Part shown: positions 1 to 9,050 of the stretch, piece by piece
Layout of the letters: each line of letters opens with the position of its first letter
Numbering within the stretch: position 1 is the stretch's first letter
DNA from: an uncultured Rhodanobacteraceae bacterium
GTDB lineage: Bacteria; Pseudomonadota; Gammaproteobacteria; Xanthomonadales; Rhodanobacteraceae
Direction: 5' to 3'
Length of the DNA: 61,612 bases
Assembly (NCBI GenBank): GCA_964570295.1
Contig: CAZMXV010000001.1
Coordinates: 1-61,612, forward strand
The notes under the pieces: model-generated
Told to the model about the DNA's origin: nothing
Databases searched by the model: none
The model's input: only the letters and a program-made list of their open reading frames with translations
Program-made: the position numbers and the translations under genes

Positions 1-121
1 GACCGCGTCATGCCGGATACCGCGCCGGGCCGCTTTGCGATGCGCGGGATGCCGGGAGAGCAGGCGATGGCCCGATGCCGGCGTGAGCCGGGATGCCGGC
101 CCGCCTCTCCGGCGCATGCCA

Positions 122-151
122 CGGGAAAACCCGGTTTCCCGGGTTTTCCCG
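122..151 (-). terminator. Perfect 13-bp hairpin (GAAA loop on the minus strand) downstream of the MCP gene; terminator-like or mRNA-stabilising
   Basis: CGGGAAAACCCGG-TTTC-CCGGGTTTTCCCG seen directly; no clear U-tract. Confidence 0.4.
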
Positions 152-235
152 GCGCCGTCCGTGGGCGGTGGCCGGTGCTGGCCGGAAGGCCGGACGGTGC
201 CGCGAATGCGGGTGCGGCACCTTTCCGGAAACCGC

Positions 236-1960
236 TCAGAACTCCTCCCAGGCCTCGTTTTCCAGGGCCGGGCGGGGCGGATTCGCAGTGGGCGACTTGC
301 GGGCGGCGGCCAGTGCCGCGCGGGTGGTGCGGGCGGCCTCCTCGTCGCGTCGCGGGCCAGCCGCGTCCTCATCCGCACCGTCGCTGCCCAGATGGAAGAA
401 GCTCACCTGGCGCGCCAGCTCGATGGCCTGGTCCTGCATGGTCCGGGCTGCCGCCGAGGCTTCCTCGACCAGGGCCGAATTCTGCTGGGTCATTTCCTCG
501 ATCTGCGTGACGGCGCTGCTGACCTGGTCGATGCCGACCGACTGCTCCTGGTTGGCGGTGGCGATCTCGGCCACGATGTCGGTCACCTTCTTCACGCTCT
601 CGACGATTTCCGACAACGCCTCGCCGGACTGGTTGACCAGGGTCGAGCCGGTGCGCACCTTTTCCTCGCTGTCGGTGATCAGGCCCTTGATTTCCGTGGC
701 GGCGTCGGCGCTGCGCTGGGCCAGGTTGCGCACCTCCGTGGCGACCACGGCGAAGCCGCGTCCCTGCTCGCCCGCGCGGGCCGCTTCCACGGCGGCATTC
801 AGCGCCAGCAGGTTGGTCTGGAAGGCGATGTCCTGGATCAGGCGCACGATGTCCCCGATCTTGCTGCTGGCAGCGTCGATCTCGGCCATGGCGGCCACTG
901 CGCCGCGGACCACCTCGCCACCGTTCTCGGCGCGCTCGCGCGCGCTGCGGGCCAGCTGGTTGGCGTGGTTGGCGTTGTCGGCGTTCTGCTTGACGGTGGA
1001 GGACATCTCCTCCATCGAGGAGGATGTCTCCACCAGGCTGGAGGCCTGCTCCTGGGTGCGCTGGCTGAGGCCCTCGTTGCCGTGGGCGATCTGCTGCGCC
1101 GCGCTGCTGACGGCTTCGGAACCCTGGCGTACTTCGCCCACGATGCTGGTGAGGCGCTCGTCCATGACGCGGAAGGCGTCGAGCAGGCGTCCCAGTTCGT
1201 CGTGGCGCTTCACCTGGATGGCATGCCCGAGGCGTCCTTCCGCGATGGCGTAGGCCACTTCGGCCAGGTGCTTCAGGGTGGCGGTCAGCGAGCGCACGAG
1301 CAGTACCGAGACCAACGCCGCGAAAAGCAGGCCACCGGCCAGCGCGGCCAGCACCAGCAACCGCACCGTCGCGTAACGGTCCAGCTGGGCCTGGTAGATC
1401 TGCTTCATCTCGCCGCTTTGTGCCTGGATGAGTTCGTCGAGGGACTGCAGGCGCATCATCAGCTGCGGACGCACCTGCATTTCGAGCATGTCGCCGGTGC
1501 CCTGGTAGCCGTCGTTCAGGGCGTCGTAGATGCTGTCCAGCTCCGACTGGTAGTCCTTGTCGGTGCCGCGGTAGTCCTTGTACTTCGCCGCCACCGCCTC
1601 GCTCATCGGCATGCCCTCCAGCTTGCCGTTGATGCCGGCGATCTCCTTCTGGATCCGCTTGGACTCCTCGACCTTCTGCCGTGCCTGGTCGGGGCGGTCG
1701 ATCGCTCCGGCGGCCTCGCCGAGCACGGTGAAGTTCAACAGGGACTTGGCACGCAGGTTTCCGAGCAGCTGCGCGGGAACCATGGTTTCCTCGTAGCTGC
1801 GGCGCATGCCCTCGTTCTGCCAGGACATCATGCCGAGGCCGACGAAGGCTCCGGCCACCAGCATGCCGCCAAGCAGGGTCAGCACGCCGATCAGACGGGC
1901 CTTGACGGACAGGTTGGGCAACCGCGTGATCGCCATGTTCAGTTTTTTCAGTTTCATCAT
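236..1960 (-). CDS. Methyl-accepting chemotaxis protein (2 TM, periplasmic 4-helix sensor, HAMP, signalling domain)
   Basis: IAFQTNLLALNAAVEAARAGEQGRGFAVVA signature; DELGRL HAMP motif; C-terminal pentapeptide AWEEF (NWETF-like). Confidence 0.97.
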   Translation of the reverse strand: MMKLKKLNMAITRLPNLSVKARLIGVLTLLGGMLVAGAFVGLGMMSWQNEGMRRSYEETMVPAQLLGNLRAKSLLNFTVLGEAAGAIDRPDQARQKVEESKRIQKEIAGINGKLEGMPMSEAVAAKYKDYRGTDKDYQSELDSIYDALNDGYQGTGDMLEMQVRPQLMMRLQSLDELIQAQSGEMKQIYQAQLDRYATVRLLVLAALAGGLLFAALVSVLLVRSLTATLKHLAEVAYAIAEGRLGHAIQVKRHDELGRLLDAFRVMDERLTSIVGEVRQGSEAVSSAAQQIAHGNEGLSQRTQEQASSLVETSSSMEEMSSTVKQNADNANHANQLARSARERAENGGEVVRGAVAAMAEIDAASSKIGDIVRLIQDIAFQTNLLALNAAVEAARAGEQGRGFAVVATEVRNLAQRSADAATEIKGLITDSEEKVRTGSTLVNQSGEALSEIVESVKKVTDIVAEIATANQEQSVGIDQVSSAVTQIEEMTQQNSALVEEASAAARTMQDQAIELARQVSFFHLGSDGADEDAAGPRRDEEAARTTRAALAAARKSPTANPPRPALENEAWEEF

Positions 1961-2487
1961 GATTCCCGCATCAAGTCAGTAGCTTCGACATCGTGGGCGC
2001 CGGCCGGGGCGGCACCCGCTTTTTCGCTGGTTTCCATGGCTTCCAGGCACACGAGCTTTTCCGGGTCCAGCAGCATCACCATGTGCTCGCCGCCATCGGC
2101 CAGGCCCTTCAGGCAGCGGGCGTCGACAATCGATCCCATGTCGGGTACCGGTTCGGTCTTTTCCGGGTCGATGTCGAGCACGTCGGACACCGCGTCGACC
2201 ACGAGGCCGAACGGGCGTCCGTCGACGACGACCACGATCACCACCGTGTCGGCGTCGTACGCGCTCCGCTCCAGACCGAAGCGCAGGCGAAGGTCCAGCA
2301 CGGGGACCGGCATGCCACGCAGGTTCAATACGCCCGGCATGTAGTCCGGGGCCTGCGGGATGCGGGTGACGCGCGACCAGCGGCGGATTTCGCGCACGCA
2401 CTGGATGTCCAGCCCGTAGGCCTCGTCGGCCAGGCGGAAAGTGAGCTGTTTCGACAGGGTGCGGTCGTCCCCTCCGCTTGCGTGCAT
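1957..2487 (-). CDS. cheW: Chemotaxis coupling protein CheW
   Basis: LTFRL..E.YGLDI..VREI, GVLNLRG..VPVLDLR, GLVVDAVSDV motifs; 4-bp overlap with the MCP. Confidence 0.95.
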   Translation of the reverse strand: MHASGGDDRTLSKQLTFRLADEAYGLDIQCVREIRRWSRVTRIPQAPDYMPGVLNLRGMPVPVLDLRLRFGLERSAYDADTVVIVVVVDGRPFGLVVDAVSDVLDIDPEKTEPVPDMGSIVDARCLKGLADGGEHMVMLLDPEKLVCLEAMETSEKAGAAPAGAHDVEATDLMRES

Positions 2488-2542
2488 GGTCGTCTACCTG
2501 GTGGCATGGTCCGCCCGTGAAGCACGGCGGTTACGCATGCCT

Positions 2543-2569
2543 GTATCGGCCAATGCGGGGGGAACTTTA
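2543..2569 (-). promoter_or_regulatory. Sigma28 (FliA) promoter for cheW-MCP
   Basis: Minus strand TAAAGTTC-N11-GCCGATAC versus consensus TAAAGTTT-N11-GCCGATAA, 56 bp upstream of cheW. Confidence 0.88.
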
Positions 2570-2667
2570 ATCGGGGAGGCGGAAAGCGGCGGTTTTCGCG
2601 GTCCCCTGCGGGGGGTGCGCCCGATGCGGTGACGTGACGGGCCGGACGGGTGCCCGGCCCGCGCCTG

Positions 2668-2880
2668 CTACAGCTTGTCGAATTCGCGCTTCAGGTCGTA
2701 GTCGCGGTCGGTGACGATGCGTTCCAGGGTCTGGACGCGGCGCTCCAGCGCTTCGATGCGCGCCGTTTGGCGCGGGTCGTCGGGTGGACGGCTTGCCTTC
2801 AGGCGCAGGTGCTGGCGAAGAACGGCGCCGCCCACGCCGATGAGGATGATCGCGAGTATGAAGAGTTCGCCGTGATTCAT
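2668..2880 (-). CDS. Small single-TM coiled-coil protein, last gene of the psp operon (PspB/PspC-tail-like)
   Basis: N-terminal hydrophobic helix; C-terminus LERIVTDRDYDLKREFDKL resembles the PspC tail; TGATG coupling to pspC. Confidence 0.8.
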   Translation of the reverse strand: MNHGELFILAIILIGVGGAVLRQHLRLKASRPPDDPRQTARIEALERRVQTLERIVTDRDYDLKREFDKL

Positions 2881-3308
2881 CAGGGGTTCCTTCGGGAGGG
2901 GCCTTGCCGGTCTTCCCCGTCTTCGAGGTCGCGGAACTGGCGTTCGAGATCGTAGCGGCCGGAGGTGACATAGCCTTCCATGCGCTGCAGGCGCGTGTCC
3001 AGTGTCCGGAACCGGTGGCGCACGTCGCGGAAGGTTTCGCTGGCCGAGCGCCGCACGCTGCGCCAGTAGGCGTCATCCTGGTCCCAGGCGTACGGTTGTT
3101 CCGGTTTGGGCGGCAGCACGAAGCCCAGCACGAGGTACAGCGCCAGCGTGATGCCGTTGAACCAGACCAGGGCGATGACCGCCAGGATCCGCACGAAGGT
3201 GACGTTCCAGCCGAAATAGTCCGCGAGGCCCGCGCACACGCCCATGATCCGGCCGTGCCGCGGATCGCGGTAGAAGCGCTGCGCGCGCCAGTGGTCGTCG
3301 TGTCGCAT
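2880..3308 (-). CDS. pspC: Envelope stress membrane protein PspC (full length)
   Basis: YRDPRHGRIMGVCAGLADYFG PspC motif, TM segment, C-terminal RLQRMEGYVTS..YDLERQF. Confidence 0.93.
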   Translation of the reverse strand: MRHDDHWRAQRFYRDPRHGRIMGVCAGLADYFGWNVTFVRILAVIALVWFNGITLALYLVLGFVLPPKPEQPYAWDQDDAYWRSVRRSASETFRDVRHRFRTLDTRLQRMEGYVTSGRYDLERQFRDLEDGEDRQGPSRRNP

Positions 3309-3311
3309 GGC

Positions 3312-3584
3312 TCAGCTCCCGTGGCCGCGTGTTTGCCAGAAACGTCTTTCCTCGCCTTCGCCGCTGTAGTGCAGGGCGCGTGGCGGCATCAGCAGTGCGG
3401 CGAGGAGGTAGCCGGCGAGTACCGGTACGGGGAAGATCCAGCCCAGTGCCAGCATGCCCAGGCGCGTGATCCACAGCGGCCAGTCGAAGTGTCGCGCGAG
3501 GCCCGCGCACACCCCCAGGATGACGCCGTTTTCGGAGTCGCGGCAGCAGCGTCGTGGCGGTTCGTCGTGGTGCGGGCAGGTCAT
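3312..3584 (-). CDS. Second, short PspC-domain protein (90 aa) lacking the C-terminal coiled coil
   Basis: RDSENGVILGVCAGLARHF PspC motif; start re-set to the ATG that overlaps the pspB stop (ATGA at 3584-3581). Confidence 0.88.
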   Translation of the reverse strand: MTCPHHDEPPRRCCRDSENGVILGVCAGLARHFDWPLWITRLGMLALGWIFPVPVLAGYLLAALLMPPRALHYSGEGEERRFWQTRGHGS

Positions 3585-3802
3585 GCCTTGTCCCTCCATC
3601 CGGGTATTTGCGTGTCGAGTATGGTTTCCAGCGATTTGACGCGGCTTTCCATCCGGTTCGCCAGTTGCCACAGATCCGAGAGCATCTTCTCGTCCTCGCG
3701 GGTGAGGCCCTGGGCCTGGCGACGCCTGGTGGTGTAGTGCAGGATCATCCACAGCGGGGCGATGAAAATGCAGAACAGCGCGAATATGGCGGTGAGGTCC
3801 AT
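3581..3802 (-). CDS. pspB: Envelope stress membrane protein PspB
   Basis: FIAPLWMILHY...GLT.ED...L..L...A.RME.RV..LETILD...P.WR pattern. Confidence 0.95.
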   Translation of the reverse strand: MDLTAIFALFCIFIAPLWMILHYTTRRRQAQGLTREDEKMLSDLWQLANRMESRVKSLETILDTQIPGWRDKA

Positions 3803-3808
3803 GGACGC

Positions 3809-4489
3809 TTATCCGTTTGCGTCGGCCCGGGGCGAGCCCATGCGCGCCTTCAGGGCGGCCAGTTCCTCTTCGACATGGTCGTCGGTTTCCAGGTCGGCGA
3901 ATTCGCGGTCGAGGTCGCGCGGGTGGCCCAGGTCGTAGGCTTCGACCTTGCCTTCCATGTGTTCCAGCTTGCGCTCGTAATGCTCGAAGCGGCCGAGGGC
4001 GTCGCTGATGCGCCCGTCGTGGATGCGGCTGCGCGCGCGCAGACGGTGGGCGGCGGTGTCATGGCGCGTCTGCAGGGTCTTCTGGCGTTGCTTGGCGTCG
4101 GCCAGCTTGGCCTGCAGGGCGGCAATGTCGTCGTTGAGCTTTTCCAGGCCGATGCCGACTTCCTTGTGCTGTTCGCGCAGGCCGTCCAGGGTGCCGGCGA
4201 TCTGCCGCTTTTCGGACAGGGCGGCCCTGGCGAGATCGTCGCGTCCCTTGTCCACGGCCAGTTCGGCGCGGCGCTGCCACTCGTCGGCTTCGCGCGTGGC
4301 GTGCGCCATGCGCCGTTCCAGTTCCTTGCGGTCGGCAATGGCGCGCGCCGCGGCGGAGCGCACTTCCACCAGCGTGTCTTCCATTTCCTGGATGATCAGG
4401 CGCACCACCTTTTCCGGGTTTTCGGCCTTGTCCAGCATGGCGTTGATGTTGGAGTTGATGATGTCGCTCAGTCTTGAAAAGACGCCCAT
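3809..4489 (-). CDS. pspA: Phage shock protein A
   Basis: MGVFSRLSDIINSNINAMLDKAENPEKVVRLIIQEMEDTLVEVRS; start re-set to 4489, preceded by GAGGA. Confidence 0.97.
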   Translation of the reverse strand: MGVFSRLSDIINSNINAMLDKAENPEKVVRLIIQEMEDTLVEVRSAAARAIADRKELERRMAHATREADEWQRRAELAVDKGRDDLARAALSEKRQIAGTLDGLREQHKEVGIGLEKLNDDIAALQAKLADAKQRQKTLQTRHDTAAHRLRARSRIHDGRISDALGRFEHYERKLEHMEGKVEAYDLGHPRDLDREFADLETDDHVEEELAALKARMGSPRADANG

Positions 4490-4545
4490 GGTCGGTTCCT
4501 CGTGAAGTGTGGCGGTTGGCATCAGGCGGTTTGCCTCGAAAGAAG

Positions 4546-4562
4546 TGCAGGCTTCGTGCCAA
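4546..4562 (-). promoter_or_regulatory. Sigma54 -24/-12 promoter of pspA
   Basis: Minus strand TTGGCACGAAGCCTGCA, with GG-N10-GC spacing. Confidence 0.9.
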
Positions 4563-4654
4563 AAAAACGGATGTTCAGGAAGCTGCTGACGGCAAAGGAT
4601 TTTTCACCCGGCGTTGACGGAGTGGGAAGGAAAGTGTCTGGTTATTTGGGCTGA

Positions 4655-4677
4655 TATTTAGTCAAATTAGCCAAATA
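4655..4677. promoter_or_regulatory. Probable PspF upstream activating sequence
   Basis: Imperfect palindrome TATTTAGTCAAATTAGCCAAATA in an AT-rich island about 100 bp upstream of the sigma54 site, between pspA and pspF. Confidence 0.65.
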
Positions 4678-4740
4678 GGAGGTTTTTGCGCTATGTTTGA
4701 GGCGGCGGCACGGCCTGTGCCCACAACGAGGAGGTGATCC

Positions 4741-5808
4741 GTGTCCCACCCGCTCCTGGCCGATACCGGCAGCGTCGCCGTGCTGGGCGAGTCGGCGGTG
4801 TTCCTGAGCCTGCTCGAACAGGCCTCGCGCGTGGCCGCCGTGGACAAGCCGGTGCTGGTCATCGGCGAGCGCGGCACCGGCAAGGAACTGGTTGCGGCAC
4901 GCCTGCACTACCTTTCACCGCGCTGGGACGCGCCGCTGGTCAAGCTCAACTGCGCCACCCTCACCGAATCGTTGCTGGAGAGCGAGCTGTTCGGTCACGA
5001 AGCGGGGGCGTTCACCGGCGCCACGGCGCGCCATGTGGGACGCTTCGAGCAGGCCCACGGCGGCACGTTGTTCCTGGACGAACTGGCCACCGTTTCGCTG
5101 CGTGTGCAGGAAAAGATCCTGCGGGCGGTCGAATACGGCCAGTTCGAGCGTGTCGGCGGCAGCAGGACGCTGACCGTGGACGTGCGCATCGTCGGCGCCA
5201 CCAACCGCGACCTGCCGGCCGCGGTGCGCGAGGGGCGTTTTCGTGCCGACCTGCTGGACCGCCTGGCGTTCGACGTGCTGACCGTGCCGCCGCTGCGTGC
5301 GCGGGGCGGCGATATCCTGCGGCTGGCGGAACATTTTGCCGTCAACATCAGCCGCGAACTGGGGCGGGACCTGTTCGCGGGGTTCAGTACCCGCGCCCGC
5401 GAGGCCCTGGCGGATTACTCCTGGCCCGGCAACGTGCGTGAGCTGAAAAACGTTGTCGAGCGCTCGGTGCATCGCGCCGACGGGGAAGGGCCGGTGGACG
5501 AGATCGTCTTCGACCCGTTTGCGTCCGCCTACCGGCCCGCCGGTGAGCCGGATGCGGCGATCGCGGCGGAAGAGGATCGCGCGGCCGCCGCGGTTGTCGG
5601 TCTGCCGTGTGACCTGAAAGCGGAAACCGCGCGGCTGGAGGTGGCGCTGGTGCGGCGTGCCCTGGCCGAGACGCGCTACCGGCAGGGCGACGCGGCAGCC
5701 TTGCTGGGGCTTACTTATCACCAGTTGCGCGCGTTGCTGCGCAAGCACGGCATGGTGACGCCGCGGAGCCGACGGCGGGTTTCCGGGAACACGGAAACAA
5801 CGGCCTGA
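4741..5808 (+). CDS. pspF: Phage shock operon activator PspF (sigma54 bEBP without an N-terminal regulatory domain)
   Basis: GERGTGKE Walker A, GAFTGA, LFLDE, WPGNVRELKN, C-terminal HTH (LGLTYHQLR); divergent from pspA. Confidence 0.96.
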   Translation: MSHPLLADTGSVAVLGESAVFLSLLEQASRVAAVDKPVLVIGERGTGKELVAARLHYLSPRWDAPLVKLNCATLTESLLESELFGHEAGAFTGATARHVGRFEQAHGGTLFLDELATVSLRVQEKILRAVEYGQFERVGGSRTLTVDVRIVGATNRDLPAAVREGRFRADLLDRLAFDVLTVPPLRARGGDILRLAEHFAVNISRELGRDLFAGFSTRAREALADYSWPGNVRELKNVVERSVHRADGEGPVDEIVFDPFASAYRPAGEPDAAIAAEEDRAAAAVVGLPCDLKAETARLEVALVRRALAETRYRQGDAAALLGLTYHQLRALLRKHGMVTPRSRRRVSGNTETTA

Positions 5809-5826
5809 GCGCCGGCGCTTGCATTT

Positions 5827-6780
5827 CTACCGCCCGGGCTCCCGGGGTGAAGCGCGCACCACCCTGTCCGGGTAGTCCACCACCAGGTGGCCGGGGGCGA
5901 GCCGGGCCAGGTCCCGCAGCGCGGTCTCGTCGCGCAGGTTCACCGACCACACCGCGCTGTCCAGTTCCACGGTGGCCAGTTCACGCGCCACGTCGGTGGT
6001 GAAGTCGCGGTAGTACGGGAACCATGCATGGCCGCCGGCCGCCTTGACCGCGCGCGCATGGCTGCCGCCGAAGCGGCGCGGATCGAAGCCGGCGAACCAG
6101 GGCGCGTCGCCGCCGCGATGCAGGGCGCGCAGGGCGGCCAGGCGGTCAGGCGACGGCGGAATGTCCGCGGGTGGCGGCGGTGTGTCGCCGAACCAGCTCA
6201 GGGGCGCGCTCGTGAACCAGGTGGGCAGACCGGGCCGTAGCGTCATGGCCCGGCGCAGCGCCCCCCAGTCGAAGGAGCACAGGACGGTGCGTCCGGCGAA
6301 ATCCTCGGCATCGACCACGGCCAGGGTCGCCTCGAGCAGGGCCTCCCATGGCCGACGGGCGGCTTCCCGCATCGAGGCCTTGATTTCGATGACCAGGATG
6401 AAATGCGCCGAGCGTGTCTTGGCCAGGCCGATCACGTCGCGCAGCAGGGGGACGCGCTGGTCCGACACGGGCCGGATACGGTCGAAGCGGCGTGCGTAGG
6501 CGGTGCCGGGTTGCGGGGTGCCGATGTCGAAAGCCTGCAGGTCGGCCAGGTCGAGACTGGATATCGCGGGGCGCGCGCCGGCCTCCAGCCAGCGTCCGTC
6601 GGGCAGGCGGCAGTAGGCGGGGTTGAGGGTGTCGTCGTGGTGTACCACGACATGGCCGTCGCGGCTCAGGTGCACGTCCAGTTCGGCGCCGTCGGCACCG
6701 AGGGCGATGGCGTTTTCGAAGGCGGCCAGCGTGTTTTCCACGTGCAGGCCGGCGCCGCCGCGATGGGCAATCAGTTTCAT
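5827..6780 (-). CDS. Glycerophosphodiester phosphodiesterase family protein
   Basis: IAHRGG, ENTLAAF, ELDVH..DG..VVHHD, IEIK motifs; start re-set to MKLIAHRG. Confidence 0.9.
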   Translation of the reverse strand: MKLIAHRGGAGLHVENTLAAFENAIALGADGAELDVHLSRDGHVVVHHDDTLNPAYCRLPDGRWLEAGARPAISSLDLADLQAFDIGTPQPGTAYARRFDRIRPVSDQRVPLLRDVIGLAKTRSAHFILVIEIKASMREAARRPWEALLEATLAVVDAEDFAGRTVLCSFDWGALRRAMTLRPGLPTWFTSAPLSWFGDTPPPPADIPPSPDRLAALRALHRGGDAPWFAGFDPRRFGGSHARAVKAAGGHAWFPYYRDFTTDVARELATVELDSAVWSVNLRDETALRDLARLAPGHLVVDYPDRVVRASPREPGR

Positions 6781-6871
6781 GGCATGGCCGTCGTGTCCGT
6801 TATCCTGCATCTTAGCGGACAGGCCGCGTACACTGGCGCCTTCCCGTGTCGCACCCGGAGTTCCGTCCATC

Positions 6872-8251
6872 ATGCAAGGCTCGAAGGCCCCATTGCTGGC
6901 GCGCCGTCTGAAAAACCGCCATATCCAGCTCATCGCCCTGGGCGGTGCCATCGGCACGGGCCTGTTCTACGGCGCGGCGGAGTCGATCCGGCTGGTGGGT
7001 CCGGCGATCGTGCTGTCCTACCTGGTCGGCGGTGGTGTCATCTACCTGATCATGCGCATGCTGGGCGAAATGTCCACGCAGGAACCCGTCGCCGGGGCCT
7101 TCAGCGATTTCGCGCACCGCTACTGGGGTGGCTTCGCCGGGTTCCTCTCGGGCTGGAACTACTGGCTGCTGTATATCCTGGTGAGCATGGCCGAGCTGAC
7201 CGTGGTGGGGCTGTACGTCAACTACTGGTGGCCCGGCTTTCCGGGCTGGGCCACGGCGCTGCTGATCTGGGGCGTGGTGACGACGATCAACCTGTTCCAG
7301 GTGAAGCTGTTTGGCGAATTCGAATTCTGGCTGGCATTGATCAAGATCCTCGCCATCATCGGCATGATCGTGCTGGGCCTGGTGCTGGTGGCGGGCGGGA
7401 CCTCCGGTGCGACCACCGGCATCGGCAATTTCTGGCGTCACGGCGGGTTCCTGCCCAACGGCATCCACGGCCTGCTGCTGTCGCTGGTGGTGGTGATGTT
7501 CTCTTTCGGCGGGACCGAGCTCATCGGTATCACCGCGGGCGAGGCGGACGACCCGCGGCGCAGTATTCCCAAGGCCGTCAACCAGGTGCTGTGGCGTATC
7601 CTGATTTTCTACATCGGCGCGGTGTCGGTGCTGGTCATGCTCTACCCGTGGAACGAGATCGGCGACGCCGGCTCGCCGTTCGTGCTGATCTTCTCGGACC
7701 TCGGCATTCCGGCCGCGCCGGACATCCTGAACCTGGTGGTGTTGACCGCCGCGGTCTCGGTCTACAACAGCGGCATGTACAGCAACGGACGCATGCTGTT
7801 CAGCCTGGCCGAACAGGGCAACGCGCCGCGCGTTTTCATGCGCCTTGGCCGCAACCAGGTGCCCTGGGTGGGCATCGTGTTTTCCTCGGCCTGCACCTTC
7901 GTGGTGGTGATCATCAATTTCCTGGTGCCCGACGGTGCCTTCATGCGGGTCATGGCCGTGGCCACGGCGGCGGCGGCACTGACCTGGGCCATGATCGTGC
8001 TGGTGCACCTGAGGTTCCGCAAGGCGCACACACGCACGGAGCTGCATTTCCCGGCGCCCTGGTATCCGTGGGCGAACTGGTTGTGCGTGGCCTTCCTGGT
8101 GCTGCTGGTGGCGTTGATGACGCAACTCGAAACCACGCGGCCGGCGGTGTACGTGTTGCCGGTCTGGCTGGTGGCACTGTATGTGGCCTATCGCTGGCGC
8201 CGGCGCGCGCGCCTGGATGAGGCGGGCGGCCATTCATGGCGTCGGCATTAG
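6872..8251 (+). CDS. Amino acid permease (APC/AAT family, AroP/PheP-like)
   Basis: [37 protein letters not shown] motifs; 12 hydrophobic segments. Confidence 0.94.
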   Translation: MQGSKAPLLARRLKNRHIQLIALGGAIGTGLFYGAAESIRLVGPAIVLSYLVGGGVIYLIMRMLGEMSTQEPVAGAFSDFAHRYWGGFAGFLSGWNYWLLYILVSMAELTVVGLYVNYWWPGFPGWATALLIWGVVTTINLFQVKLFGEFEFWLALIKILAIIGMIVLGLVLVAGGTSGATTGIGNFWRHGGFLPNGIHGLLLSLVVVMFSFGGTELIGITAGEADDPRRSIPKAVNQVLWRILIFYIGAVSVLVMLYPWNEIGDAGSPFVLIFSDLGIPAAPDILNLVVLTAAVSVYNSGMYSNGRMLFSLAEQGNAPRVFMRLGRNQVPWVGIVFSSACTFVVVIINFLVPDGAFMRVMAVATAAAALTWAMIVLVHLRFRKAHTRTELHFPAPWYPWANWLCVAFLVLLVALMTQLETTRPAVYVLPVWLVALYVAYRWRRRARLDEAGGHSWRRH

Positions 8252-8318
8252 ACTGGCGACTCCCTGCCTGCCCGTCGCGGGCGGGGCGTATCATCCGGAG
8301 CAGACACGGGAGCGAGCG

Positions 8319-8942
8319 ATGAAAACCAGTATCCAGGTTGTTTTCTATTCGATGTACGGGCACGTCCACACCATGGCCGAAGCCGTGGCGGAGGGCGCCC
8401 GCGAATACCCCGACACCGAGGTGACCCTGCTGCAGGTGCCCGAACTGGTGCCGGAGGGTGTGCTGGAGAAGTCCGGCGCGGCGAAGGCCCGCGCGGCGTT
8501 CGCGCATGTTCCGGTGGCACGGCCGGAGCAACTCGTCGAACCGGACGCCATCATCTTCGGCACGCCGACGCGGTTCGGCAACATGTGCGGACAGATGCGC
8601 AACTTCATCGACCAGCTCGGTCCGCACTGGGCCAAGGCCGCCTTCGAGGGCAAGGTCGGCAGCGTGTTCACCTCCAGCAATACCCAGCACGGCGGCCAGG
8701 AAACCACCATCACCAGCTTCCACACCACGCTTTTCCATCTCGGCATGGTGGTGGTGGGTGTGCCCTACAGCGAAGACCGGCAGATGACGGTGGAGGAAAT
8801 CAGCGGCGGCAGCCCCTATGGCGCCAGCACCATTGCGGGCCGCGAAAGCGGGCCCAGCGAAAACGAGTTGGCCATTGCCCGCTTCCAGGGTCGGCACGTG
8901 GCGGAGATCGCCGCGGCGCTGAAGCGCGGGCGGCAGTCCTAG
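8319..8942 (+). CDS. wrbA: NAD(P)H:quinone oxidoreductase WrbA
   Basis: [33 protein letters not shown] motifs. Confidence 0.95.
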   Translation: MKTSIQVVFYSMYGHVHTMAEAVAEGAREYPDTEVTLLQVPELVPEGVLEKSGAAKARAAFAHVPVARPEQLVEPDAIIFGTPTRFGNMCGQMRNFIDQLGPHWAKAAFEGKVGSVFTSSNTQHGGQETTITSFHTTLFHLGMVVVGVPYSEDRQMTVEEISGGSPYGASTIAGRESGPSENELAIARFQGRHVAEIAAALKRGRQS

Positions 8943-9050
8943 CGCCCGGCCGGCTTCCCCGCCCCGGTCACCGGCACCATCCGCATGGCGTTGCAGGCAT
9001 GCGGGCGGTGCCGTTCCATTTTCTCCTGTCATCCGCGACCCCGGTGTCCC

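Noticed and set aside
35-2344. 769-aa plus-strand ORF
   Set aside because: Antisense shadow of the MCP and cheW genes; long stop-free opposite frames are expected at this GC content
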